A stretch of DNA of 64,000 bases, taken from contig CM068759.1 of assembly GCA_035084275.1 (NCBI GenBank), positions 5,270,001 through 5,334,000 of the forward strand, written 5' to 3'. Of the stretch, positions 39,901 to 52,112 are shown piece after piece; within the stretch, counting starts at the first letter, position 1; every line of letters begins with the position of its first letter. The notes below the pieces were generated by a model. The model did no database searches. It was not told the DNA's origin and saw nothing but the letters and a program-made list of their open reading frames with translations. The translations under genes and the position numbers were made by a program. The stretch is from Hydrolagus colliei (Eukaryota).

Positions 39901-41477
39901 ATTGGTCTATGGCCGTTTGTGAGACGTTGCTGTGCGTAACTGGCTGCTGCATTTTGCTGGAAATGCCAAAGAAAAGCACAATCTGATAGGAAGTAAACTC
40001 GACAGAAACATAAATATTACTCAGTGTTTGATGCACAAAACATTTCTGTTGGCACAGGAAACACAGAGTTTGTCAAAAACTCCTTTTACTTCATTATATT
40101 ACAAACTCTAATTATTATTTACGAAGGAAATAATAATTTGTCCATGCCTCTTTATAATGGAGTCATATATACAGTTATACAGGAAATTGATTGGTATGCA
40201 AATCTTTAACAAATACTTTTAAATATTTGAAACTCAAATTGAATTGTTGAAATGAGGTACCCAACACAAGACGTTAGTGCTTACCCTCCAGGGTATATCA
40301 GAATTGCTTTGGTCTTTAAAAAAAACTGTACTTACAGATACAGCATAGCACAAAGTAAGGTTTTGCTCCAGAGGTTTTGCGGCAGCACTTCCACCTTTAT
40401 TGCTCACATCTTTTGGACGCTGTTTCTTTGACTTGAAGTCTGTAAGAAACCAGAATGCAGGAGAGAAATGAGAGCTAAACTTTACAGAGCGTAACAGAAT
40501 ACGGACACTGTGGTATCATAACATTTTGTATCACTTAAGCCTGTAAATGCTGGATACTCTATGTGCTGACTCTGCTATCTGTAACAAATAGGCAGTGGTG
40601 CCCTTTTATCACTGCACATGTTTCTAAGCAATCAGGCTATCAAGCCCCTGCAGTGAAAATCCATAGTATTGATCCAGACCTATCTCCACTGTAATTCTTT
40701 AGCAGGAAATCCCTGATGACAAATTATATCTGCACCACTTTTTGATCTGGTGTTTTGATGTAACTGATCTCCAAGGACAGGATGAGAACCATTTGTAGCC
40801 TTCTGCTCCCAGCGTTCTGTATTCTTTAACTACAATATTCTAAACACAAAGAGAGATGGTAACGAAAATAAAGTTGCTGAGATATTATATGTACTGCACA
40901 GTGCTTGTTTTATATGTGACCCTTGAGTGGTCAAAGTAAGTGCTGATGATTTTCCTCGCAAGATTACTTTTTAAGGCTTGAACATCGGAAAGTGTCTACT
41001 GCCTCCTTTTAGGATGTGTTTTTTAACCATGACTATCCGGAGGTCAACAAGACAATATATCTTGCTGGATTTACCTGCAACGCACAACCATATGGCTGTA
41101 CTAATTAGCTGAGTGCATGTTTTTTTTTCCTTGAGATATAACTATAACACATGCTTCCACAAGCATACCTTTTGGATATAATTGATTAAATTGGTTAAAT
41201 TGACAGATTGAGCAACAATTCAGTTGACGTTATTACTCTGTTGAGGTTATCCTGCCAAAAAGACAGCAAAACCTTGTTACATTGGTAAAGGCAGTCGCAT
41301 TTTTAATGTTAAATACATGGCATGGTTGCAGTAGGAGGTAGCATTGAACTTATAAATCAGATCTTTCTACACTGGAGGTGCTTGACACCGTTTGGAAGGA
41401 GTCCCATGGGACTGGACCAGAACTCTTGCACAAGGAATGCTCCCTGATTATCTGAAAGCACTTTGCTCCCTCAAACT

Positions 41478-41905
41478 TCACTCCTCCATTACCCCAGTCC
41501 TTGCCAGACTTCACTGACTCCCTGTCCTGGTGAGGATCGATTTCAAGATCCTCACCCTTGTTTTCAAATCCCTTCACTCCTCTGCACCACCCTACCCCTC
41601 CGACCTCTCTCCTCACACCAGTATCCATTGCCTTCGCTCCACCGGGTCTGGGCTCCTCCTTGTCCCCCAAATCCTCCGCTCCACTATCGGTGGCCATGCC
41701 TTCAGCTACTACGCCCCGAGGCTCCGAAATTCCCTTCCTCATTCCCTTCACCTCGCCCCCTCTCTTCCCAGTTTCAGGTCTCAGCTAAAGATCTTTCTCT
41801 TCGACCGCACCTTTGGACACCTTTCTCCCCCTGGCTCAGGCCTGGGATCCGTTATTGTGAAGCGCTTTGAGACGTCGTCCGGAGTGGAGGGCACTGTATT
41901 GAAAG
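41478..41905 (+). mobile_element. L2 LINE 3' end (ORF2 C-terminus remnant)
   Basis: HSSITPVLARLH*LPVLVRIDFKILTLVFKSLHSSAPPYPSDL..LRSTGSGLL..GGHAFSYYAPRL.NSLP; same family as 33934-34335. Confidence 0.9.
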
Positions 41906-42954
41906 AGATCTTATGTCATCTATAAGGATTTTAAACTCTCCCTTAAAACCATCGTGTGCTCTACTTTGCTGTCTTAGTTAAGTGCAGGTAACACCCGTGT
42001 CGCTTGTGGCAAATACACTCACCTGTGTATGTGGTCAAAGGTTGAAATCTCTGTGGAGAACAAGCAAAATGAAGACCGATATTTATTATTTAGGCAACCG
42101 CATTGGTTAAATGCATGTTATAAACAGTAACCCTTGAGCCCAGGACCATTACAAGTTTTTAAAAAATTGCTGGGGATTGTTGTAGTGACAAGCATGCAAC
42201 AACCATACATGTGGTGAGTTTGATCAGCTCTTAGCTGGTATATCAGGCCGAGCCTTCTGAATACTTTGGGCATCTTACTCCGAAATGAATTAAGTCGACT
42301 GAACAAGTCACAGAAAAAACATTAATATCAAGCTCATGCAACAAGTCTGCATCCTGCTTGTAACAACATTCCCTAAATGACTTCCTTTCTAATGACTTTG
42401 TAGCCCAAAGAATTTCTTTCAAATTAACTGTGAGCAAACGCTGGTCGGTGTGAAATCTACACTGTTGCTTCCCACAAGAATGCCAGTGGTAACATTGCCA
42501 ATGTTCAGCTAAACTTGGCAAAGTGCCACTCCACGTTCTCTGATGCTGAAAATGGTCCATCATCCGATGGCACTCAAACCTGGAATCAGCGATTGAAAAA
42601 ATATTAACCCTGACCTACTCTGTTACAGGAGGATTAAGTTGTCATTCCTGCAGGTACGCGAGCAGGATATCTCAAGAGTTCCTCCATTATGTTTCCTAAC
42701 TTTCTTTGACATAATTAGGCTCACAAAACCAGGTCTCAAGTGAGAGGCAGGGGGTGGCGCATGAGACCGATTATTTTTGTAACACTCTTGAATGCAAATG
42801 TTCCACGGGTTTTTGCTTTGAAACATCAGGGCTTTGATGAAGGGATTCATTTCTCAAGCGGTAAAGTGTCAGGCAACCCTCATGTGTGTCCCTCGGAGCT
42901 CAAGATTCTTCTGATTCAACAGGACGGTTACAGATTCACAACAGCTCTTAACCA

Positions 42955-43095
42955 GAAGGGAGAAAGGGTAGAGAAGGAGGGAGAAGAGGGATGAGTGGAG
43001 GGAAGGAGGAGAGGGTAGAAACAGGGGAGTGAGGAGATGGGGAGGAGTGGGATGGGGGGAGGGGCATGGGGGGGTAGTGAAAAGGAGAGGAGAAA
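42955..43095 (+). repeat. Homopurine GA-rich low-complexity tract
   Basis: About 140 nt that are almost all G/A, with many G runs. Confidence 0.8.
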
Positions 43096-43645
43096 GAAGC
43101 TGTTAAGTTCCTTTGCTTTCTGGGGGTTTTTTCCATGTTGAATTTCTCACGTGATTCTTTCTAATTAGACATATCCACGAGCCCTGAGGATAGACCAACA
43201 ATCTTTTAAAGAAAGGAAACATCAGCATCGCTCTTGATAATTCTAACAAGGACAGGATCGAATGCCCAGCTAGCACTTGGAAAGCGCTTTGAGATGTCCC
43301 CCCGACATGGATGGCATTTTATAAATGTGAATTTTATTGTTTTGCAAGGGCAAGATTGGTCGGCAAAATGACCATAATTATTCAATTTTCCTCTCTGCAA
43401 CTTGTCCTGAACATTCGATATGTGTTGTGATATTGCATAATGGTCTATAAACACAAAGTCATTACACTCAGTTTGTGGTATAAGGCTTGCTAAGCGCTTT
43501 GAGAGATCTCGGCAATGTGTTACGGTGCTACATGAGATGCAATTATTAATATCACTGTAATCACATTTCACCCCATTATTTGTACATTGCTCTGACTGAC
43601 CTTTTTGTATGTTTCATCTTCTTTCTATTATTTTGCTTCCAGGTA

Positions 43646-44068
43646 TGTGCCAGCCTGGCTCGGTTTGTGGCACTCTTACCCCTGAGTCAGAAGGTCGTGG
43701 GTTTAAACACCATGTCAGACCTTTGAGCTCATCGTCTAGGGTGCCATTCCAGCACAGTATAGTGCTGGGAGATTGTCAAAGGTGTCGTCTTTTGGATGAG
43801 ATATTAAACTAAGGTCTAGTCTGTCTGTTCAGGCGAACATTAACATTCCTGGACATTATCCATCATCCAAAAACAGAATTTGTTCAAAAGTACTGGCCCA
43901 ACAATCTTCTAGAGAAAAAGTCACTCACTACAATGCTGTTTGTGGGACAATTCTGTGTCCAAACTGGATGCCGTGTTCACTTACAAATACAGTCGCTGTA
44001 CATTAAAGTGAAACTCGCATTCCACACAACAAGGTGCTACATCGAATGCAAAGATGATTATTATTATT
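43646..44068 (+). mobile_element. Near full-length DeuSINE
   Basis: Head ctgagtcagaaggtcgtgggtttaaacac; Deu ggtgtcgtcttttggatgagatattaaactaagg; tail (tat)n. Confidence 0.85.
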
Positions 44069-44654
44069 GCCTTAATATTATCTCCAGCCTAATGTCTTTC
44101 AGACAAAAATGTCACTGACCCCGCAATTCACACAATGCTGTTTTTACTAGTGTATGACATCATCCATGCTGTGTAAAGTTTTAGTCTACATTGACTATTC
44201 ATAACCTTGGACATTGCTTTGTGTTGCCCTGAAACTCCTTGGATCCCAACTAAATTTGGAATAGCTTGTGAGATGTATTAGCGCCATCACATATCGAGGT
44301 TGGATTTATGATCCTTCAGTTGCCAAGATCTTCCATGGTTTCGGTTTTTGTTTTTAAAATACGACGGCAGGAGTTAAGAACATTTAAGGGCTTGCTCCTC
44401 ACCTCAAATGAAGAGTCACAATTTACATTTCATTGCAAAGTTTAGCCTATGGTAGGCACTGTCTAAATAGCATGACATGTCATGTCGTGTCACTTCTGTG
44501 AATTGTTCCAACGTTAGTACATTCTATGATCTTGTTTGGCTTCCCAGAGTGTTGACTGAGTTATTTATACACTTAGAAGTCCTTCCAGACACGAGTGTCC
44601 AAAACTACAGTTGATATTGTCTGATGGTTATGATTTTTTCTATTGTGTTTATGC

Positions 44655-44730
44655 TACAACGACAACAACAACAACAATTTACATTTATAGAGCGCCTTTC
44701 ACGTCGGGAGGACGTCCCAAGGCGCTGATA
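44655..44730 (-). mobile_element. SINE/L2 tail
   Basis: (caa)n tttacatttatagagcgcctttcacgtcgggaggacgtcccaaggcgct. Confidence 0.75.
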
Positions 44731-45423
44731 AGATGAGCTGTGGTTTGAACACTGTTCTGGAAATGTTTTAAGAGATTGTTTCCTGGTAGTCAAGGATGCT
44801 GACTTTACAATGCAATACAGTGTAGACTCATAATCTCTTTGACTTCGGGAGGACATCTCAATGTGTTTCACACTGCTGGCTGAACACTCGATTGGGGTGT
44901 GAGAGCCAAAGAGAGTGGGGAACAGGAAAAATGATCTCGGATCAATTGCGATACACACAAGGCACTGGATACTCTTAACATTGCCTTGAATCTGCATACC
45001 ATTTTGCACAGTTTAATGCTCACAGAATAGCCTTCAGTCAGATAATTGGCTTGTGGAAACAAATCTCAGAGACGAGCTCTTGTCTCTTCACATGAAAGTG
45101 TAATATCATTCATATATTATTAAGGAATGTATTACCATATATGCTTATTATTCATTTTGGGTAATTTATTAGGAAACTGCATTGATAATCTGAACAGTTT
45201 GTAGCCATTGAAAGGTATGCATTGGTCCGAATCCTCTCTTATGAATTACGTGAAATCATCCATGCTTCTTTCTTGTGGACATTGCCTAGTGACTGCAAAA
45301 CCAATAGAGTGTCTTGAAATACAGAGGAACATGAATGAATAGATTCTGAAAGTTGTTCACATGGATGGACAATGTACTAATGTCCAGGTCACAATTTTAG
45401 CCACAACTGATCTCATTCTCATT

Positions 45424-45706
45424 GTGGAGTCGTAGCTCAGTGGTTAGAGCACTCACCTTTCAAGCAAGAGACCTGGGTTCAAATCCAGGCAGGGCAAAAC
45501 CTTGGACAAGTTTCTTTACTCCATACGCCAGATAATAATCCCGCAAAACAAAAAATTGTAATTTCAATCCATGACTGTTTGGGGGATGGTGTTGTTTGCA
45601 ATTGGCTGCTGTGTTTCGCCTATAAAAATATAGTCAATTCACTTATGCTTTAAGACATCTAGAAGACATGAAAAGTGCTATATCAAACACAATAATTATT
45701 ATTATT
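45424..45706 (+). mobile_element. Full-length tRNA-headed SINE (tRNA-Ala family)
   Basis: gtggagtcgtagctcagtggttagagc (A box), gggttcaaatcc (B box), aaccttggacaagtttc, then the tail. Confidence 0.9.
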
Positions 45707-46194
45707 CCCATTATTTCTCTTGAACTAAATGTTAAAAAAAATCATGAAAGGTATTTATCCTTTGATCTGAAGGAGACATGTTATGCTGACAAAGAGCATC
45801 GGGAAGTGCCAAAGGCATTGGTTATGAAAGTGTATATTTCAGTTCCCAAAGAGGTAAAGGTTAGCCATCTAATGATCCTCCATTGATCAAAGAAGCGCTA
45901 ACAAAGAGGTTAATCAATCCCACTGTTGCATGAGACTGTACTTCTACGAGAATGAATTTGGTTTCAGCAATTTCCATAGGATCTAGTGATGTTTGGCCTA
46001 ATTCCACTCATACCTGAAGGGTTCAGACCCGCAATTGCCAATGGAGAAAATTGATAAGACGATCTAAATCATCTGCAAATCATCACTTCTCATCTTTAAG
46101 TTAAATGGATTTCTGGAACATTTGGTCTCTTGGAGCATACAGCTAGTCATTGATAGCATAAGGTTCTTTCTTATCAAATACCATTATTTCAAAT

Positions 46195-46445
46195 CAAAAT
46201 TATGAGAGGATTTGATAAGGGGACGTTGATAGGCTATTTGCACTTTTTGAGGAATCCGAAACTAGGAGCAGAAGCTTATTCACGGAGAGTGTCTTAGGAA
46301 TGTGGAACTCACTGTCAAAGGCTATGGTTGGAGCAGAAAGAATCAAAGTGGAAACTTGATGCATACAAAAGGGAGAAGAGAATAGAGGGGAATTATATGG
46401 GGGTGGATTATCAACAGTGTCACGGACTATTTGGACCACATGGAA
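46195..46445 (+). mobile_element. CR1 ORF2 C-terminal remnant
   Basis: Fragments KIMRGFDK..DRLF..ESETR, GMWNSL..AMVGAE and KWKLDAY. Confidence 0.75.
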
Positions 46446-47064
46446 AAATACTGTGCCAAGTAGTTCTAATAGTAATACAACAACAACAAAATGACATTTG
46501 TATAGCGCCTTTCAGTGCAGGGGCTGAAGGAGAAGCCATTGATGGCGTCAAAGTGGAGCCCATAATATGAACATATTGAGGTCACTTTTTTCAGGTTAGT
46601 ATTTGGTACCAGCAAACAAAGCTGAATCATTTGGTTGGCGACTCTAAACTCTCGGCTTGATAACCCAATGATAATGGATCAGTAACCACATTTTAAAGCC
46701 CAAAACATGTGAAGCATTTCCTTTTCTTCTCCTTCAGATCTGCTGGCTGATGATGATGTAGATTGGAGCTAAGCCTTTGTCATTTTTATTGTATGCAGTA
46801 AAATATAAATGTATTTTGACCTGTTATAAAGAGGCAGTGAGGTGCTGTCCTGCCACACATGTTTACAGAGGGCAAAACCAGGCATTTGCCTTGAATGGAC
46901 TGATTTGTTCATCCACAGGAGTGCCAGTGAAGGCCTGTATAATGCGGTATTGTTAAACGAATTGAGTACAGTCAGCCCTGTGTAACTGTCAGCTAATGGA
47001 TAGCATTTGATGTAGTGTGGTGAGCAATGGAAGACAAAGTTGAAGCAATATTGGTGAAGACAAC

Positions 47065-47295
47065 AACTTAATAATAACAATACTTGCATTTGACATAGTA
47101 CCTTCCACATCAGAAGGCATGTCTCAAAGCACTTTACGGGATACTGTAAACCAGATTGACTGTGTATTTATTAGCAGCAGCCAATTTGTACATAGCAATG
47201 CTCCCCCAAAAAAACATGAAGTAAATTATTTTTATCGAGGCGATCATTGGCCAGGATCCTGGAGAAATTCCTTTCTCTTCTCAAATAGTGCCATA
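47065..47295 (-). mobile_element. DeuSINE 3' half
   Basis: Tail, then ttggccaggatcctggagaaattcctttctcttctcaaatagtgccat. Confidence 0.75.
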
Positions 47296-47689
47296 CCATG
47301 CTATTCAAGCTTGCATTTATTTTGTGCCCTGTATAGGATAATGTCTCGGAGTGCAATCCAAAAGTGGGATTGGAAATTGAACAAGCAGCGATGGGAGACA
47401 GGTGATGACATTTTCTTTATGTTACCTATTTTTAATATATTTGAGAATCCAAAATGACGCAGTAGGAAGGTGACACAGGGAAAAAAAAAATCCATCTGTG
47501 ACTAATACAGTATTTGAAACCACTTTGTCTCGTAATTTGAGATTGCTCAGATTTGTGGCGAGTTCTTAAATTGAGTTTTAATTTGATGTTTGCTTCTAAG
47601 ATCTTGTCTGAAAGTAATGTGTTTAATGTCCTGCAGAACGTCCTGGTTTCAAAGTAACACCGAGTTTAAGAATATTCCACAATTTTGCC

Positions 47690-47945
47690 TGATTTTACAT
47701 TTTAGGAATGGTAATGTAAACCCAGATGAATATTTTATGGTGCACCAAGACAGGAGATCAAGATGACTTGGGTTGTAATGGGCAATTTCAGTGGAGGAAC
47801 CAGGAAGGTTTTAATTACTTAGAGGATAATTAATAACTGGTGGTTGAGGCCACAACACTGGACTCATTTTTTAAAAAATAGCGTGATGATGTGATAGAGG
47901 ATTAGGAGGCTGAATATTCTGAAGTAATGCGATCAGATGACAATT
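47690..47945 (+). mobile_element. CR1 3' fragment
   Basis: NPDEYF..HQDRRSR; gttgaggccacaacactggactcattt is shared with the copies near 39820 and 59850. Confidence 0.6.
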
Positions 47946-48409
47946 TCCAACCCATTTTGCCCATTGAGATCTGCGCTGTGTCACTTCTGTACATAAAATC
48001 ATACGATTATTATATTAACAAATTTACGGGCGTTGGGGTCTAATATATGCCATGTGCAAACAACAGGAATCAGAGGTGCCCTGGATTGTGTAATTAAGAA
48101 CCAATGGAAAGGAAAGGTTAACAATTACGTAAGTAATAAATCCTTTTCATCGACTGTTAATTTCATAATTAAGGCCACCTGTAATTGCCTTTGCACATTT
48201 TGTTTGATCAAGGAGTATAATATACTTGTGTTTACACATGGTTTTCACCAGCCACATATCAGATGATATGTGGCTGGTCCTCGTCGACTAACTGTTGGTA
48301 TGCCAGTAAACTGGATCAGGATTGTGTGTGACAGATTAAGCAACTACAATGTACAGTATCTCACAACAAAATCAGTGCAAGAGGTATATTTCTAAATTGT
48401 CTTCTTACC

Positions 48410-48705
48410 ACATATCGCCCACAAAATAAGTAATCTATTCACTACACAGTATATTCTGTGAAGCACTTTGAGACATCTTGAAGAGATCAAGGCGCTATAT
48501 GAAATCCAAGGATTATTATTATTATTATTATATATCATTATATTCAACCCAGTCAAATGGAGTTCTCCAAAAGGTATCCTGGATGAAGGCAGCTATATAA
48601 ATACAGGATGTTGTTCTTGCTATAGTCCCTTTCGGGTCTGGAGCATATCCAAAAGCACCTTGCAGGATTTTATTGTAAAATGTAGTAACTGCATTTTATA
48701 AGCGA
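48410..48705. mobile_element. Cluster of SINE tails (+ 48410-48530, + 48570-48620, - 48625-48705)
   Basis: gtgaagcactttgagacatc...ggcgctatatgaaatccaagg(att)n and an inverted copy downstream. Confidence 0.7.
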
Positions 48706-49824
48706 ACTGTTCTTGCCCACATCATAACTTTGTTCCTTAGCTATGGTAAGTTCCAGCTCAGCCGATACTGATGACAATTCCCCCCCCCCCCACCCTATAT
48801 CTTCTATTTAAAAGCAAGATGTTAATAATGTACAGACATTTGCAACAAAGACATGTCACACTATTCAGTGATGCTTTAATTTGAAGACAGTACAGGCTGC
48901 TGTAAGTTAACTTCCCCCTGAAGTTAGACTGAATGGCTGTGAATGGTTGTCAATCTAGTGTTCAACAATTTTATTTTTAAGAGAACATGCACGATTTCTT
49001 GCAACATCTTGTTCCTATGTTAAGTGTAAGTTACACTGTACATATGTTACATCCCAAGCTGTTTTTTGCAGAATAGACGTTTAATAAATTGACTTCCTAC
49101 AACAGCTAGATTATACCAGTGTTCTTATGTGCCCCTTTCCCTCAAGCAAGTGACCAGTTGATAAACAGAGGGCACACTGTACACCGCTATAATGTGTTCT
49201 GTTATATGAAGAGATCAGTCAGAGAATGATAGCTGAGAAGTAGATTATTACTGTGTCTGAAAGAGATCAAACATTCTTGGCATCTGCACTCAGATGAGGC
49301 TGATTTACAGGCAGACAAGGTAAAGCATTACAGTCTAGTCTGCTGTCAACAAAAGCCATGATGGTTTTACTAGCTTTGCAATATATATTGTAACTGAGGC
49401 TCAAGCTAAGCTTTCCTTCCGGCATCTTGCAATGAAATTGTTTGCTTCCTTCCAGGGTTCCAGATTGAAACCACTGAACAATTTCTGGTATATAAAAGAG
49501 GATAGGAACTAACAATAAGTGAAAGTACTCATGGAAAATAAGGAATATTACATGAGATGGTTCCATAATAAGTGAATAAAAATGTAATTAATGCAAACCA
49601 AAACAGCCTATAAAAAGAAGCGTTGTCACATTGAATGATTGGTTTATGAACAAAACTGATTATTTTGTGATTTTATTTCAGGGAATTATTTGTGGGGGGT
49701 TTTTAATTGAGAGAATAATGCAAAGCCCAGCTCAACTGCTTATTGACAGTTTTTAACACTATAAAATAATATGACTGATAATGTGAGACATAAAGGTGAC
49801 ACACCACTGAATCCACATATGAAG

Positions 49825-49960
49825 GAAATAATAATGAAATAATCATTATTTTCCTTTTGATATGGCGCCTTTCATGTTGGCAGGACATTTCAAAACGCTT
49901 CACAGCGTTAACTGTAAAGTGTAGTGTCTCTGCATTTCATAGGTGAATGCAATAGCCAAT
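49825..49960 (-). mobile_element. SINE 3' half
   Basis: tttgatatggcgcctttcatg...aaaacgcttcacag...ctgtaaagtgtagtg. Confidence 0.75.
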
Positions 49961-50319
49961 AAAGGTAATGGATACAGCTTCAGGAATGAAAACACAGCTT
50001 TGACCTGCACCACATCGAAGCTATTAAACCTGTCAAATTATCCAAACGGAATACAATTTGAGCAGTTCAAAGTGGATGAATGAGTGAAAAGAAGGGAAAG
50101 GCAAATAATAAACTAAAAAGGCAAGTGTGGAGGAGCTCAACAACAACAACACAATTACACTTGTACAGCACATTTCATGTCAGGAGGACTTCCCAAGGTG
50201 CTGGGACAGTGATGTTAGTACTGACAGAGGCCACTCAATAAGTAGCAAGGTCAAACCAACACAGTAAAATAACATACGATTGGCTCTGATTATTTATTTA
50301 TCTATCTATTTATTTACCT

Positions 50320-50590
50320 GTGTAATACAATTTATATTTGTATGCCATCTTACACGTTAGGGGGATGTCTCTTAGCGCTGGTTGGGTACTCAAGCTGGGG
50401 GTGGGAGCCAAGGGTAGCGGGCAGAGAAAAGATGCTAGAAAAAGTGGTCAAAGAGGTATGTCTTGAGGAGGGCATTGAGGGGAGTGATCGAGTGAGAGAG
50501 GGAGTGAGTTGAAAGAATTGTAGCATGGAGTTCCAGAGACCTTGTGCAGAATGGCTGAAAGCTCACATACCGATGGGCAGGAGATGGGAA
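50320..50590 (-). mobile_element. Older L2 3' end
   Basis: Minus strand reads ...LNALLKTYLFDHFF*, with a degenerate AFS...P.LWNSL region upstream and an L2 tail. Confidence 0.7.
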
Positions 50591-50944
50591 GCAAGACAAC
50601 AGCAACAAAATTATATTTGTAAAGCGCCATTCACATCGGGAGGACATCCCAATGCTCTGGACGGGGTTATAAAGGGACAAGTCATTTCCAATCCAAACAA
50701 TGTTATTGAGACAGCTGAAGGTTTGTACTTTAGAAATGTAGAATTCAGCTGTACACTCGCCTCTGTGTAACTGTACATTTTGAAGACTAACCATAAGATT
50801 CTTGTAAAATGATCAAATAATTTATATCATCAATAATCCATCAAGACAATTCAGGTGAGGAACATGTGTCCTGTTGGGGCAACAACCTTATCAATAAGTA
50901 CTGCAACAGTTTGAGAGAAATGATCTGTATCTCAGGTAGTTAGC

Positions 50945-51125
50945 ATATGATAGCATAGAATCTTAAAGTATAACAATGGTCATATGAACCATCCTACATC
51001 CCTGAAATAAGTATTCATTCAGTCGTTATATTACTGTCCTTTCCCCCTTGCTCTTTTATACTTCAAATAGTTATTCAATTCCATTTTTTTACAAGCGCTA
51101 TTATAAATTCTGCTTCAATCATTGT
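50945..51125 (-). mobile_element. Degenerate CR1 3' end
   Basis: catagaatc tail unit; cttcaaatagttattcaattcc. Confidence 0.5.
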
Positions 51126-51526
51126 TTTTTTGTGGGGGGTCGGTCATTTCATTGGCATAATAGCCTTTTGTAGGCAATAGTTAAAATATCAGGAGTTAAT
51201 GGCAGGTTTCCTCTGAGGTCCAATAAAGCAGATGAGAAAAGAATTATCTAGTAGCTTGTGTTAGTGCCAGGTCAGTCAACCAACACAAACATTGGCTTCT
51301 TGGTGCTCCTCTGCTAAGTGTGGTGGTCTCCAGCATAATGAAAGGTAGAGTAGATAATAATAATAATAATCCTTGCATTTGATAATAAATGCCAGAATCT
51401 GATGAGCTGTGGGCCTGAATCATTGGTGAAGATTCAGCTTGTTCAATCTCATTGAAGGGAAGGAAAACACTGCCCCTGAGAAGCTACATTCAGAACCAAA
51501 CCCCAATTCCTTGTGGATGGTTTCCT

Positions 51527-51611
51527 TAACAACAACAACAACAACTTTGATTTATATAGCGTCCTCCACGCTGGACGGCGTCTCAGAGAGCTTTACAATA
51601 GCAGATCCCGA
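51527..51611 (-). mobile_element. Short young L2 3' end
   Basis: (aac)n tttgatttatatagcgtcctccacgctggacggcgtctcagagagctt is nearly identical to 33934-34012. Confidence 0.9.
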
Positions 51612-51925
51612 TTCCTTACACAGTTGATATGCTCTTATCACAGAGTTAAGAAAACTGGCTAGCAGTGAATCATTCATCTCATTTTTACTAACTTGTCTCT
51701 TTTGATCTTGGGTTTTCTTTTGAAGGACATATGATTGAAGCATTCATAGTTTCTCTAATGTGCGAGCCTAGGATTCATCTGTGTTTAATAAAGCAGACCA
51801 TGTTAGCACAGTACTTGGTAAATGCAAAGCTTTAGTTGCTACAGATTCTCATTTTCCAAATAGCATGGTCAAGGGACCTAATCACTGTTAACCTGCACTA
51901 TTAATGGCATAAACATGCTTAGTGC

Positions 51926-52112
51926 TTCAATTGAAGCCTTCTAATTAGGATGCCTGGGTGGGAACAACATTATACCATTTATGAGATCACCCCCATTAAG
52001 CAAAGCTCATAAGTACTGAGTTAAATACACTGGGAATCAATTGGCACTTGAGAAATGCCCCTTAAAAGGAATATCCCCATTAACCATGCCCCCATTAACA
52101 GCTGTCAATCTA
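51926..52112. mobile_element. Degenerate Tigger/pogo-type MITE
   Basis: Three ccccattaa subterminal motifs and decayed TIR-like ends. Confidence 0.4.

Noticed and set aside
41350-41925. Overlapping 130-aa ORFs
   Set aside because: L2 ORF2 remnant and its alternative frames
45424-45495. tRNA-like sequence with A and B boxes
   Set aside because: SINE head: runs directly into the SINE body and has a mutated anticodon loop
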